A stretch of DNA of 62,139 nucleotides, filler included, from Sphacelaria rigidula (GCA_964200075.2; 10 parts of 10 records of this genome joined end to end with filler, not necessarily neighbours in it), one strand, 5' to 3'; shown: positions 36,060 to 50,300, counted from the whole stretch's first letter. A program made the numbers and translations. Notes: generated by a model not told the origin, from the sequence alone.

Positions 36060-36480
36060 TCAAGGTTGTATTCTGAATATTACGGATATGTTCGGTAGGG
36101 AATGATGATTCTCTACAGGACTTTCAGAACTGAAGGGTACCGGTGTGGAAGCATTACAAAACTTACAGAACCGGTCGGGTGCAGGCATGGGAGAATCGGT
36201 ACTCGACGGTCCTGTAAGATCTGTACGAAATTCTTACTCTTATCCTCGTACCTGTGTAGACATGGCCGCTTGCGAGAAAAGTCTTCTGTACAACCTCGAT
36301 ACCGTACCCGATAGGGTCTCCAAGTTCTGTAAGCCTCCCATACGGGTACCCGACAGTTCTGTAAGACTATGACATGTTTACCCTCACCCCGGGTAAGAAT
36401 ACGAAATAGAATACCCGGTTGCGGGTGAGGGTTTTTCTGTAGAACAGGTTCCGATCGGCACAATATGTTTATTCGTGTAT
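36060..36480. mobile_element. Degenerate MITE with CGGGTAC / CAGAACT subrepeats; related copy at ~47860-48165
   Basis: Repeated ACAGAAC, GTCGGGTA and TACCCG motifs in both orientations in both regions. Confidence 0.55.
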
Positions 36481-37719
36481 ACTGAATTAATTACAGGTCC
36501 TTGTAATCCGTTCATTCGCTGGTGGATTTCGAACTGTCAAACACCCCCCCTCCCCCCTCCTTCCTATCAGTTCGGAATCGACTGGTAATGACGCTGTTGA
36601 ACACGCCACTCACGGCGTATGCTAGGCAACCACGTTACCGATTTTTTCTCCGTGCTTACATTTTCTTTGCGGTAGACATGATGGTAGTCGAGCTAGATCA
36701 TATTGTGCGGGGTGGGAAAACCTCAACTCCGCACAGTGGAGATGATCGTATTACGTAGTGTTGAAATGGTGAGACACTCATGAGGCAGTGTATAAGCCGT
36801 GGCTGTCTCTGGAAGTGCTGATACCACGAAATAAAGCAACACATTGTTGGCTGTCATCATCATGATTACCGCAAAGAAAAACGCAAGCGTGCGAAAAAAA
36901 TCGGGAACCTGGTCGCCTAGCTTACGCAGTAAGTGGCATGTTTTTATAGCGTCGTTGCCAACCGACGCCAACCCCATCGGGGGTCCGCCCCTACGAAGCC
37001 GGGACGGAGCACGCCGGGTTCTCGCCGGACCAGGCGGCGGGGGGGGAGGGATGACGTACCCATTTGTTGCTTGCCTTGGTCGTTTGACCATTGACCAAGC
37101 ATCCCTTTCGAGACGAAGCACCGTTTCTACTCCTAATAGAGACACCTCCAGCATTCCGGCGCTGGGGTAAGGGGGGAGGAGGGGGGGCGCGTACTCATTT
37201 GTCGCTTGCCTTCGTCGTTTGACCATTGATCACGCACCCCTTTCNNNNNNNNNNNNNNNNNNNNNNNNNNNNNNNNNNNNNNNNNNNNTTAATTAATTAA
37301 NNNNNNNNNNNNNNNNNNNNNNNNNNNNNNNNNNNNNNNNNNNNTGTATAGGAAGTGATGTAACGTAGGTGAAGAGAGGGACGGCGGGGTGAGTGGGGGC
37401 GGGGGGGGGGGGGGGGGGGGGGGGAGAGAGGTCGTTTTGGACCAAATTGTTGAAGCAAGAAGCCGTATTTGAACGTTTCTGTGGGCCTTCAAGAGTCGCA
37501 CTGGGGCCGTTTCCGATCGTTGCCGAAGGCCGTAACGCGTTCTCATAAGTAATCATCTTCAAGTCAATATTCAGCGATATTTGGGTCGGTAGCCTGACGA
37601 ACACTTCATCTTACAACAGTGCGCACGTATAGCAGCGTGTCGTTGTGCATCACTGCCATGAACCTCACGGCTCGGCGATAAGACTCAGAATACTCCGCTC
37701 TCATCTTTTCTTCCCCAGT

Positions 37720-38350
37720 GTGATGCTGCGGTAGGGGTGCACAAAAATACCCGAGGTAAAAACTCTTAGAAGCCCTTCATCTCATCCAAAACACGACTTA
37801 TGAAATATGTGAGAGTATGCCAAGTTTACTCTTCCAATGTGCCATTATATGGGGATATCCCGAATGACTTCACAAAAGGGGATGCCCTGAACCATATTCT
37901 AGTGCATCTAGAAATCGTTAGGGCCCCTGAACCAGCCAAAATTTTGCGCAGAAAGTGCACCCCTACCGTAGCATTACTCCCTAGTGAAAGACGCACATCA
38001 AGCCCGCGAATCATCATATGAGAAAGATATATATCTTGGAAGAAGACGCGCTCTTAGTGCCCTTTCCGCGACGTCTCTCGCCCGAGAATCGACCTATCGC
38101 TAAAGCGTAATTCTGCCACCCCGGGGGCGACTTGTTCTATAACTCCAGAGAAGACTCAGGCACGCTTCCGTGTTTCTCAGTGAACGAAGTTTCAAGCTCG
38201 AAGAAGCGGATCGACAGTTTTTCCGGGATCATCACCATGACACGCCGAATGTGCCAAAACGTACAAAAACACGGACTTTTTTTTGTCCCCCAACTTCGAC
38301 CGTTCGTCCCAAAAAGATTATGAAGTCGAGCTGCGGTAGGGGTGCAGTTT
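37720..38350. repeat. Non-coding repeat with inverted GCTGCGGTAGGGGTGCA motifs (probable DNA transposon arm)
   Basis: Motif at ~37725 (+), ~37955 (-) and ~38330 (+); homologous to 6000-6124. Confidence 0.6.
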
Positions 38351-39130
38351 TTTTTACCAACACTCGTCTGGTCTGGTGTTCTTTGTTTCACATTGTAGAA
38401 GCAAAGCTATTGACATGTTTGACATGTTGTGATGTTCGCCTTCGAGAGGATTGCTCCACGTTCAGACGTAACTTCGTCCCGACACTACTGCAGTGCAAGT
38501 GCGCGAGAGTCTGTAACCAACTCTCCAGTAGGCCAGCCCAGAACATATTTGTGCATCCCTAACGTAGTAGCACGATTCTGTGGCGGCCGAGAATTCCAAG
38601 ACTGTCTCCTAAAGGGTATACGGGCTGAAATTCGGGTACTTACAAGAGTATAAAAGAGCTGTTGTATCGGCAAATACCTTTCCGGACTACACCGCAGCGT
38701 TCGCAACGGGGTTCGACTCAGGGTGTCGAACACTACCAGGATATACTACACACATTTCGGCATGGTTTATAATAGTATGCCAACCAAAAATACCCCGCTT
38801 TCGGGTATATATGCACGACACGACACAATCTTGGAAAATCCAACTATAGGAAAAAACGAAGATATGCTCCGGAAACCGACCCTCCGGGAAGAGCGGAGGG
38901 AGTCGTCCTACTTGGTCAGCATTCGCCTGGCCTTCCTCTCGGGCGAAAAACTACGCGGAAGGGTCGAGAACGGCACCTTTTCCGAGAGGTGTCATTCAGA
39001 CCATTTAAGAAACGCTTGAGGCAAAGAAAAAAACAGCATGCATCCTAATGCCGAGATAGCCCTCCCACAAGAAGTGCACCGGAGACCGTCCGACAAACCG
39101 GCTGTGACCCCACTATTGGGCTCGTTTGCA

Positions 39131-39635
39131 TCAATTTTCGCCCACATGAGAGGCGTGTAGCAGTCCGAAATTAGCTGCGACGCCCAAATGAGTCGCGTCG
39201 TGCAGCACGAAACCAGCTATAACGGCATTTATGATCATCGCCTCCGTGCACTTTTTTGGCCGGTTTGGTACCAAGACCCGCAGACTCAGCCTAGCCCCGT
39301 TGTCAAGGACCCAGAGCGGTTGTATTTTCCCCCTTTTGTACCACAACCACCTAGGTTTACAGTACCCCTCGAACACAAGTCGCAGCCCTAGAAGCTGGGT
39401 GGGTGCAAGAAGATAACCCAAGGTCTGTGGCCACCGTCACCCAAAAAACGTCAAGGTGGTACAGGTCCATCATTGTGGTGACCAAAATAGCAATCAACGA
39501 AATTGAAGCAACACCCAACGAAGGCAGAGCCACTACTGTACGTAGCTGCGTACCGCTTTCCAAGTCCGGAAATCTAGCTATATAATGGCGGGCAAGCATG
39601 AAGGAAAGCTGTTTGCTGTTCACACTATTTTTCAT
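39131..39635 (-). pseudogene. Possible degenerate tyrosine-recombinase fragment
   Basis: LRLVFEGYCK...KIQPL and HLGVAANFGLLHASHVG loosely resemble the DIRS YR L.L.G..R...P and A..L.F.GLLR.SE motifs. Confidence 0.3.
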
Positions 39636-40000
39636 CGTTACACCTCAGCAGGAGACGCAATTTTTTCCTAGGGCACCACTCAACACCTGGTGGACTGCGC
39701 CTTTCGTTTGAGGCGGTTGCCTGGAAAAAAACAAATCCAGATTCACCCTTGACGTACATACCGACCGTCATTATTTATCACCTGTATCGGGTGGTCGTTG
39801 ACTCAATGTGAAACGAGGAGACTAAAAATGGAGAATGAAACAATGCACCACTTGAGGCGAACGGCGTTCGGTGCGGCGTCAAGGGCATTCATCATCAGAT
39901 CAAAAATGCATCCATTGCCAACCACCATGATCATCTAGCGCGCGGCCGTTGGTTGACGAACGTGAACGAAATATCAACAATGCAACATGGCGCAACGGAC

Positions 40001-40222
40001 CTGCTGTGGCGGGAACGTTCGGTAGGGCGTTAAGGGCATCCTCATCTCGAACTGCTCGTCCAGAACGCTCTGCCATGCTTGTCGGCTCGTCTCGCCCCTG
40101 CCCCGGTATTCTAGAAACGTCAGCAGCACTTGCAGGCGCATGTCCCTGAGGGAAGCGTCTCGTCGGGCTTCCGCTCGCCTCTCGCGCTCTTCTCGTTCCC
40201 GGCCCGCCACCAGCTCCTCGAC
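40001..40222 (-). CDS. Internal exon of a putative stramenopile bZIP-type transcription factor (post-zipper domain)
   Basis: CAG|...|GTCCGT, 222 nt, phase 0; VEELVAGREREERERRAEARRDASLRDMRLQVLLTFLEYRGRGETSRQAWQSVLDEQFEMRMPLTPYRTFPPQQ. The FLxYR..W..L..F..PxTPYRxF pattern is recalled from diatom bZIP proteins; the basic region is not in this contig. Confidence 0.7.
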
Positions 40223-40917
40223 CTGGCTCGGCCGTGTCAGGATTTATGCAGAGAAACACAGACACACAGACATACACACAGAGAGAACGTGTCTTGTGTG
40301 ATAGAGTAAAATCATACATGAAAGCACGTACCACGAGGAAGTGACGTATGTATAGTACCCGTGCGAGAAACGGTGAATTTATCTGGTGTGTATGATTATA
40401 ACAGGCGAAGTGTGCGTTGGCGGTGCTCGAATGGCTTCACGGGGGTGGATTTGAGCAGAAACGCCTCCTGAGCAAGCTGGACGTGCGCGCGGGAGTGTGA
40501 GCCTCTCGAAGATCCGAATACGATGATTTTACAGGAAAAACAAGTGTTTTGAAGCGTCAGCACGGGGCCCCGGTTTGGGATATACTCTACCGAATGAATC
40601 TGACAAAATCAGATGGCTGTGTCGACGTTGCATTTTTTTCAATCACCCATCTCACGGTCGCGGCATATGTGAGGTGGGGTGTACCAGAAGGCAACCGGAG
40701 AAATGCCAACAGTACAGCACAGCTGCCTCGTGTGGGCTGCGTTTGTTGCTCTTGTGCAGTGTGTATACGTAACACCGTATCATATTCGTGAGTGGTGGTG
40801 GTGGTGGGCGTAAGCTTGGAGGACACGACTCAGGAAGGGTGTATTTATGACTGACTGCTCGGTGTCTGTGACGGCATTCGGTGCGGACTCGTCTGCATGC
40901 CCCAAGAGACAATGAAG

Positions 40918-41180
40918 CAAGGGTCGGACGAATAAATGATTCGTCGGGATATTACTCAATTTTAGTGTGATTGATTCGTACGGTACGAACAAATGCTAAC
41001 GCTTTGTTTTCAGCGTTGCAACCCAGGTACGCGCACGCAGCCCACGCACGTGGAATGGCGCAAAAGTTGCGTGGAGACCTGTTTGACCAGCGGTCGACTT
41101 TTTTTCTCCCTTTCGATCAATGAGGCCTGAGAAATCGTGGATTTGCTGACTCGAATCGGCGATGATTCGTCCGAACCGTG
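40918..41180 (-). mobile_element. hAT-type MITE
   Basis: TIRs CAAGGGTCGGACGAAT / ATTCGTCCGAACCGTG with a perfect 8-bp TSD CAATGAAG (40910-40917, 41181-41188); reverse-complement homologue of 11036-11294. Confidence 0.9.
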
Positions 41181-43568
41181 CAATGAAGTGATCAACCATG
41201 CCTGTACCACTTACACGTCGCAACGGGGCGCACGCTTTTGATGATCCCGCATTCGCATCGGGGGACGGCACAGGATAGTGAAGGGAAAACAACGGAAACA
41301 TCAATTACACTTGCATAAAAAACATCAGTTCGACATCGTCAACCGCAAGCCCAGAGGTCTCCTGCCCCAAAAGGGTGAGGTGGACATTTTCTTCTCCTGG
41401 GACGGCAATATCCTGCTGGTTGTGGCTCATGTACGAATGATCATGACGCAAAGTAAAGGCACGGCGAAGATACTTTTTACGCAGGCCTTCTTGATCCTAC
41501 ACAAACAATCATTCCGAACTCCCCGAGAAGTATGTGCGTTCATCAGCGTCCAACTGAAAATTTGAGCGCTGTTTGAGTTCGGTTCCCATCGGTTGTGTCC
41601 GTGATGCTACGTCAAGAGGTTGTTCAATCCGTCATCATGACGACAGTGCACACACTTACGACAACAAGAAGCTGCACTTCCAACTGGCAAGAAAAAAATA
41701 ACCAAAAGCAAAGACATCATCATGCCGTCCGTTATCCGTCACTACTTGTGTAGCGATGGTCTGAAGAAGACAAACATTTTTTTCGTACTTTTTTCGCGTC
41801 AAAGAAACAGGTCAAGGCAGGGGGGGGGGGGTGCTCATGATCTTGCATGCCATAAGTATGTGACCATTCACCTCGCATCTCTACAAAGCCAGGGCGGAGC
41901 ACGCCGGGTTTTCGCCGGACCGGGCTCGCAATCAATCACCAAGAGCGAAGCGCCGTGGTGTGTTTGCCGAGTCGCATGGAGGGTGAGCTGCATCCTGCTA
42001 CAGTAAGAATGTTCGCCCCGAAGTTTACTTACTATCTTGCACTTGTGCATCCTAGGCAGGGGATGCGGGAGGGGGGGAAACTCACTTGCTACTTGCCTCA
42101 GTAACGTGACCGTTGACCACGCATCCCTCTCAAGACGGAGCACCGTTTCTGCTCCTAATGAAGTGGGGAAGGGCTGTGTGTGTGTGTAGGGGGGGGGGGG
42201 GGGGGGTTCTGCCAGCTTGGAATGACTGCAATACTCAAGAGAGACGATTCCAGCGCACCGCTTTGTCACGCAATTCCTTGCACGCAGTCATGGCTTCGTG
42301 CCGAAGGAGGAATGGTTCCCCCTTTGGGAACTAAAGTGCTGACTTTGTTTCGAGAATCTTCTTGACTCGGCATAATTTTGACTTGAAAAGAGTGGCTGAA
42401 AATGATTTCGATTGAAAGAGATTCACAAAACAAAAGTCAGCACTTACTGGGGATCTAGTTCCCAACGGGTTCACACAAACCTCCAATTCTCGCGAGCTGT
42501 TCCATGTTGTTTACTCTTGTTCTCTCGCAAGCTCGAAGTATCTCTGAACTTGGTCGAAAGCCAAACTATACATACCGAGTGCACGAAAGCCCGGTAAATT
42601 TGCGCCGAAATCATCTCATAAGAGACAAGTAAGCCAAGCACCCCGACAGCGGCCGAAAACCCGCCCACACATGTTGAACCCCCCGCAATCTGATGAGGAT
42701 CCGTCACGTCAAAATGGGCATCGTCTCGGAAAGTCTTTCTTCCCCTTCTTCCTCTTCTTCGAGGCGTATAATACATGACATGTCCACACACGGAGAGGAG
42801 GGGGTACATGTGCTTCATATGGATGACATTGAACCTTCGCCTTGACAAGGAGGACGGACGAGATCGGGGATGTGTAGGAAAATACGGAGATCTACGTCAA
42901 TCCGACCCATGTCGCAAGAAAGAGGCTGTTGCGCTGAGAGGTGCCCAGAGGAGAGCCGCCACCACTCGCAAATGGTCAGCGGCAACATCCTGCGAGGAAT
43001 CCAAGATGAAAAAAGTCCGGAGACTGCTCCACTTCACCACTGACTATCCACTTCACTATTGACTGTTACAGGGATGAGCGGGACAGGCAGGCGTCGCACG
43101 GAATATGAGATACCCCTGTCTCCGCCCATCGGTTACTGATGCTTTTCGTGTTCTTGCAACTTCTAGCGATGTCCCCTAGCTTCGCTTCCTCTTCAAATTT
43201 CAGCTTCGCCTTCGGGTTTCTCATATTTTGCCCACTTCGCTTGTCTTACTTCCTCCTTCATCTCCTTCCCCCCTCCACCCCCACCTCGAGCCTGGTCCGG
43301 CGAAAACCCGGCATGCTCCGTCTCCACTCCGTGAGGATGCGACGTCAGTGGTTCTAGGACTACGGCATGCAAGATCATGAGTACGCCCTGCCCCCCCTCG
43401 TTTGATGCACTAGACAGTAGGGAGAAAACGATGGCTATACTAGGGGATAGATGGTGGCCAGAGACGGCNNNNNNNNNNNNNNNNNNNNNNNNNNNNNNNN
43501 NNNNNNNNNNNNTTAATTAATTAANNNNNNNNNNNNNNNNNNNNNNNNNNNNNNNNNNNNNNNNNNNN

Positions 43569-46500
43569 CCAATTCGTTTCCGGTGATGAGATATTGCTCT
43601 GCCAGGTTAAATCCGTTTCTGGGCTGGCCCAGCTCGTAGTACACCTCTACCGCCCGGATGTGAACAGTGAACACGACTGGGTCTCCATTTATTAGGAGTC
43701 ATAGAAGGCGTCCAGCGATGTTGGTGATATTGAGACGCGAGCTCGATGTATGTTTATCCCTTCGATGGCGAGAGGAGGTATTCTGTTGAATCGGCATCAA
43801 TTTCGCTTGAAAGAAATATGCACGATCCAGATGGACTACCCTTGCCGTCGAGAGGGTTACCGGGGATCTACTGTCTGTACGTTACTGTTCTCAGTTGCTC
43901 CACCCCGCTCGACAATGACCAAGCAACACTCAAAACGACTGCACTCCCCACACTACCTTCAGAATCATCCCTGGGAGACTTTGTATTGCGATGCGTCAGC
44001 GTGTTTTCCGTAGCATCGCGACCGCCGACGACATTACCAGAATGCGCCATCATTTAGGTCCTGTCAGCCTCTCCTGACGACCGAAACCCTGCTAACAGTG
44101 CAGTGCAGGCAGTAACGGATAACAGTCGATGTTGAACACAGATGTGGGGGCTGTAATCAAGCGAAGACCAACAACTCGAGGTGTACTACCTGAAATTCCT
44201 GCACCTTTGTACTCTTACTGCACCACGCTGTACAGTCAGTGCACTCTACTGTGTGCTGTGGCGCACTCTGCTCTTGGCCGAAGCTTCCATCTTCCGAGCA
44301 GAATAGGGAGTATTAGGTGATGACCCATGGTATCCAAACAAGAACAACGGTAATGGAATTGACACAGTTGCACCACGGACCAGGACGATAAGCAGGAGGA
44401 TGATTTTCCGGTTCCTTGCACAGTAGTACAAGCCCACACCAGCAGATGCTAATGCTCGAAGAATCACGCCACTACTTGTACATGCCTAGCCTCCTTAGGT
44501 ATTGGTGTATGCTATACCTAGCCCCATTTCCTCATGACCCACCGTTCAACCCGTGCAGAAATCAGCGGTGTAGGCGCGGCTCAGAGTAACCCCCACCCTG
44601 TCATGTGCTGTGATGCAGGTGTGAGACGACGAGTAAGAGTATGTTGTTCAGACCCGCGGTCGATGAACCTGTGACAACGAAGGTCTGCCGCGCACTCTTG
44701 TGTTTTTTCTTGTTTGCACATGAGTACGTCCATGCGACGACCAAATTCAAAGACTGCTTGCCAAGACAAATTCTATATGGGGTAGGCGATTAATACGATA
44801 CGCGGATCACGACCCAACTCGTCTGTGTCGATGAGATGTTTCTCAGAGAGCTTTCGTCCGCATCTAGGCCGGCCCAGCTCGTACTATATTTTTTCCGTCG
44901 CTTGAGTCGGATGAGTCGAAGTAATGACGAAATCAATAATATGCAGTACCTCATACTACTGCTGTACTGTAATAGACAAAGGGTACGACACTCTACGAGT
45001 TGCTAGACATATTGGCAACAAAGTATACGTTAGCGTAAATCGGCGCAATCGGAGTTGATTTGAGACTTGAGACAAGGGAAGACGGCCCCTGAGAGAACAG
45101 GACAACTGGTCGTACTTCGCGGGCAAATGAAAAATTTCTCCGCAAGTGTGCGAGCAGACAAGTACCAACAACAAACCGACGGGTATTACGTTCTAGCTGC
45201 TAGAATGCCATATTCTTTGCAACGAACTGTGACGACAGCCAGAAGGAGAGCTGGTGGATCACTGGTGTTGAGGGACTCCCCAGTCTCACCGACCCAACGT
45301 CGTAATTTCGTCACAAAACCCAGAAACCAGATGCTTCGCCATTCACTTCACCGCAACGCTTGAGCGTGGTCACATATATCTTCAGGATATTATGCTCCGA
45401 GGCTACTCGCAAACGTCTTCTTCGTGTACCAGAGACCAGGCAGTCTCGCGACATCTCGCTCGCGGAGCACACGTATCTGAAACTATACAGCAAGCGATTC
45501 GTCAGCTGTCACCGTCCAAGTACGCAAGGATCCTCGTTGTGTGCAACCTAATTGGGATGCTCTTTCCTGTGGATTTCGGAACCGGTGCATCGTTCCACGA
45601 CCATCAATGTATCCCAGTTATAGTGTCATTATCTTTCGCACGTGCTTCGCTCAGTCATGGTTACATATTGCAATGCTACTGCGTTGGTCCGGACGCACAC
45701 ACTGCACATGGAGGCCTAATTTTGACCTGTAGTTTCCGCCAACTTGGCTACTGCTGGTGTTTGTTCATCTTTTAAGCAGCTCGAACGCTTGTGAGAACGT
45801 TCGGTCGGAGTACAGCTGGAACCAAAGTGTGTCTAGGTACAGGGTAGTCGGTGCTGTTGTTGCCTCTCATAGGACGGAAGGACGGACAACCGCGGGGCAA
45901 AGAACGTCGACGAGCTATCACAGGTCAGGTTTAAAAATACAGACAGGCTGATCAGGGTATATGTATCGTACAGTTGGTATGCCTCTTAATGGGGTTGGTT
46001 GAAGCTGGCAATGTGTTGCGACGATCTGTTGTCTTGGCAACATCGTAACATGGACCGGTGCTGGTTTCTCAAAAGCAACATCAACTTCAGCAACTGCATC
46101 CCTCGTCCCTCGTGTTCGTTATCGCTACTCACCAGGCAGAGACAAGGCGTTGGCGGCTGGCTGCTGCTGAGGGAACGCAACAAGTATGGCTTCGCTCTTT
46201 CGCATACCACCTCCCATGGATGAGATAACTCGTGCTCGATGTGGTGAGTAAACGCATGACACTTGTAGGGCGCATGCAAGCGAGTGCGGTCGGGTGATTT
46301 CGTGATATATAACGGTATTTCATTTTACCGTGGAGCTCTATAAGCACAGTTGTCCCATGCCCAAGACAGATTCAACAGAATCGCCCAACGTGTTCAATCG
46401 GAGGATTGATAAAGCTCAGCGTTGATGAGATGAAGTTCAGTTTCATTTCGTGCTCACAGGCACTGCTCTGTCGGTGCTGTCTCAGCTCGTGGAATGCAGT

Positions 46501-46800
46501 TGGATACTTGGCCAGCGGGATTGTTTTCTAGGTTCCATCCATGCCTTGGCCTCGTGCGCGTAAGACCTGGGGGGATATGGGCAATGACCCCAGAGACAGC
46601 GTGTTTGTCGTCATTTATCGCAGGAGAGTTCACCGGCGTTGGGCTACGAATGTCCATAGTTGATATTACTTGATGTGCGTCTGTACACGAGGATCGAAAT
46701 TTTGGTAGGGCTGACAGTCCCGTGTGCTCCTCGCGTTCGCAGAACGCGTTTTCGGTTAAATCGGCGCCACTGGGGTCTACCGAGGCCGCACTTTGCTTAC
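43569..46800 (-). pseudogene. Decayed coding region(s) of unknown family with an internally duplicated peptide
   Basis: Minus-strand peptides VYYELGQPRNGFNLAEQYLITGNEL (~43570-43650) and I*YELGRPRCGRKLSEKHLIDTDEL (~44815-44890) align; many stops. Confidence 0.4.
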
Positions 46801-46951
46801 TCGTAGGGAATGCATGTACCGCCCTTGCCCGAGGGTTCTCGGTATGTGCCTTGTGTTAGGATTAGGATCAGAGGGAGCGATACGTGTGAAATTGTGTCAA
46901 CTATGGATAGTTGTAGCCCAACGCCAGTAAACTAGCCTCATTTATCGAGAC

Positions 46952-47366
46952 GGTCGCCCCGGTGGCTCAGTTGGTAACCTTGAAACCTTCTGACGATTGG
47001 GTCGTGGGTTCAATTCTCGGAGCGATCTTGGATTTTTTCCCACACCATGCCCAACAGTGGAGAGCGACTATGTCGTGGATACACAATATTCGACTGAACG
47101 GTCGACGAGGGAAAGGGATTGCTGGACCCCTCTCGCGATAAAAAATAATGGCAAGCACCGCAGAAGGAGGGTGAGGCACCAAAAACCAAAACAAAAAACT
47201 GTGTTGACCTTCCTCCTGTGTGACCCCGGCTCGTGCGCCCACACATTCCCAAGGGTGTAGACCAGCGCTCAGAATAGATGGGACGACAACACACACAGCG
47301 CGGTACACATGTAGGGCACCGTGGTACACTGCTGGCGGTAGAACGGGGCAACAACTTGAACTTTGA
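46952..47366 (+). mobile_element. tRNA-derived SINE (family 1), longest copy
   Basis: A box TGGCTCAGTTGG (46963) and B box GGTTCAATTCT (47007); body colinear with 11403-11760. The 3' motif CAACAACTTGAACTTTG is repeated at ~47349 and ~47418. Partial body also at ~61200-61280. Confidence 0.88.
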
Positions 47367-50300
47367 GAAACAAGCACTGGAACTACCCCCTCTGCTTTGC
47401 GTTATAGTGTAACAGGGCAACAACTTGAACTTTGCTTCACTGGAGAGCTAGGCATCTTCCAGATTCTCGTAGGTGGGGCACATCCCTAAACGATTGCGCC
47501 CATTTACTCTAGAAAATCACAGTGAATAACTTCTCCTAATTCAAATATTCGCCGTGTGGAGAGGACGGTCACAGTGTTTCGGGGGTTCCACAACTTCCTT
47601 TTTTTAGCTATTTTCACGATTGAGGTTTGCCCCTGTTCGCCGGGCGGCTAACTAGCTGACCCGGTTCAACGGAGAGAGATCACTCTCAACCCTGAGCCGT
47701 CTGAGTGTGCTCCATGCTACATCCACGAGCCTAGATTCTGCAGATCTTATCAAGCACGAGCAAAGCTCTCACGGTGGCCACCCTTTCGCGGGACCATAGG
47801 GTTCTCCTATGGCTTCCGGCAGTTTTTTATTTAGATACTCGCGAGATTTGGCGGTCACCGACCGGGTATAAGCTTCATTGCAGAACATGCAGACCTGTCG
47901 GGTATTGGTATCGAAGTCTCACAGAACTTACGGAATATGTCTGGTGCGGTGCGGAGGTCGTATAGAAACCCTTACCCGCAACCGGGTATTTCTACAAGAG
48001 CATACTCGTACCCCGGGCAAAAAGGTAAATATTTCGCACAGATCTCACAGAACTGTCGGGTACCGGTCTGAGATGCTCACGAGAGTCACAGCTCAGTCGG
48101 GTACGGGTAATACCCGGGCAAATACCCCGGGTATACATAAAATCGTACCCGGCACAATCTTGAAATCAACAGCTGGCCATCACCTCGTCTTGCAGGAAAT
48201 TAGCAGGAGCCAGTGCTCGCAAGGCCACAAGCATATAGGAAAAAATGAACACGTGAAATGGCCGGTAAAATCTCAGCAGTAGGAAGGCAAGCAGCTCATC
48301 GTTGCGAGATAGGTGCTATTTTGGGCTCGACCCCGAGACAACATCAACTTTAGCAGTCGACCGTACAGGTCTGTAATGAGCAAACTTGCAAGTCGGCATG
48401 CTGCAGTCGTGTACACTGGTTTGGAGTAATTTTCAGCAGGAATTTGCTCCGTGCCAGAAGCACACGTGAACTGCCGTGGCTCCTGAAATGCTGCACAGCA
48501 TGTCGTCAAATCAGGAGTGGCGTCAGCAGGTGGGCAAGGGCGAGCAATGAGGGCTACTGCACGAGGGCTGGGGATTTCTGTTCTCATCGCATGCTTCCCG
48601 TGCACGTCATGTCTAACAGCTTTTATGTATGTGTTGTTTTTTCGCTTCGTCTCAGCACCCATCAAACAATACTCACTGTCACTAAAAGTAACAAAGCACG
48701 GTGAGCATGTCTTGCCTTCGTCGGTTAGGTCCAAAGCTCGTAACGTCTGGGTAGCGTCTGGGTAGCCAGGCACATTTCGCAAACATGCTCAGTCGCTGGT
48801 GATGAAACAAAGCGTCCCGCCAAAGCTGGTGTAGGTCAACACCGCCTCTTGGTTGCGGAGCATTCGATTTTCGCGACGTTAACTTTGCACCTGCGTTTCA
48901 TATGTGTGCTCATTCACCCCGATCAAACACACATTCAACCGTACCAAGTTGCCTCACTCGCGAAAACGGAGTAGGGGGGAAGTCACGTCACAAACCTCGA
49001 GTTTTTGGCGCCTTCATGCTGATCCGAAGAAGAAATATGCTACGGCGCATTTCTAACATCCCCAGCTACAAGACGGTACCATTATTTTTCCACGCCCTGG
49101 ACAATAACTTTTATTGTAAAAAAATGTACTGCGTACAGTATGGAATATATTGTCTATTGCAATAGGCGCAATAGTCGATACTGTACACACTACACTTTGT
49201 TTACTGTGTTTTCCATTTCCAGGGGGTGTATTTTTCACCTTCGGTAAGAGATTTGGCACATGTATCAGGACAGGCACCACAGGCGCTCTTGTCACCCTCT
49301 CTTTTTGGCGTCCAAGTTTTTTTTGGCGTATTGGCCAAAAACCATGAAGGCAGTGTGAAAGGTCTCTGCAAGAGATCAGCTGCAGGAGAGATATCCAACG
49401 TGCCTGAACAACTGTTGAAAAGTCTCGCAGGTCAGAGTCTCCCCCCGTTTCCCCGTTTGCGCGTGGTTATCGATTGCGAGCCTGGTCCGGCGAAATCCCG
49501 GCGTGCTCCGTCCCGGCTTTGTAGGGATGCGCGGTCAATGGTCTGATGACTACGGCATACAAGATCATGAGTACATTCCCCCCCCCCTCTGCTTAGACAC
49601 CCATGAGGCAGTGTAAAAACCGTGGCTGTCTCTGGAAGTGGCGATACCACAGGATAGAGCAACTCGTTGTTGGCTGTCATCCATATGCAAGANNNNNNNN
49701 NNNNNNNNNNNNNNNNNNNNNNNNNNNNNNNNNNNNTTAATTAATTAANNNNNNNNNNNNNNNNNNNNNNNNNNNNNNNNNNNNNNNNNNNNCCCCCCCC
49801 TATCGTAGGATGACTCTATGGCCAACACTATTCTTTTTGTATCATGGCGCTTCTACAACCGAGACTATTGTGTCGTATCATATCATCTGCGCTAGTCACA
49901 CCTTCGGGTCGGTACCACGATGCAAAACGATGTTCGTAACAGCGGCTGAGAGATTCGATCCTTCATATGAAATAAGAAAAACACAGTGCAATCTAGCTTT
50001 CATCACTGTGCCAGATTGTTTTAGCAAGGACATAACTTGAACTTCAAGATGTAACAGCTCAGGTGGTGTTTATACTTCATAACGTACAGTCAACATGAAT
50101 ATCCATGTAGTCTGTACATATTATTGCATAACTGCGGGTCATTGAACCGGCCGCGCTGACTATATCGCTGACTTCATGCATGAGACGCCGACGAATCTGG
50201 CGATGTGGTCAGCCAACCTCCCTTTTTGTCATGACATACTACAAACCAAGGGAAGGAAAAGTAATGAAGAGTTCATACTGATGACATCGTGCTACCTGCT

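Noticed and set aside
46952..47025. Functional tRNA genes at 11403, 26169, 46952 and 55667
   Set aside because: Stems are imperfect and no poly-T terminator directly follows a proper acceptor stem. The family 1 heads continue into a shared repeat body, so they are SINE heads.
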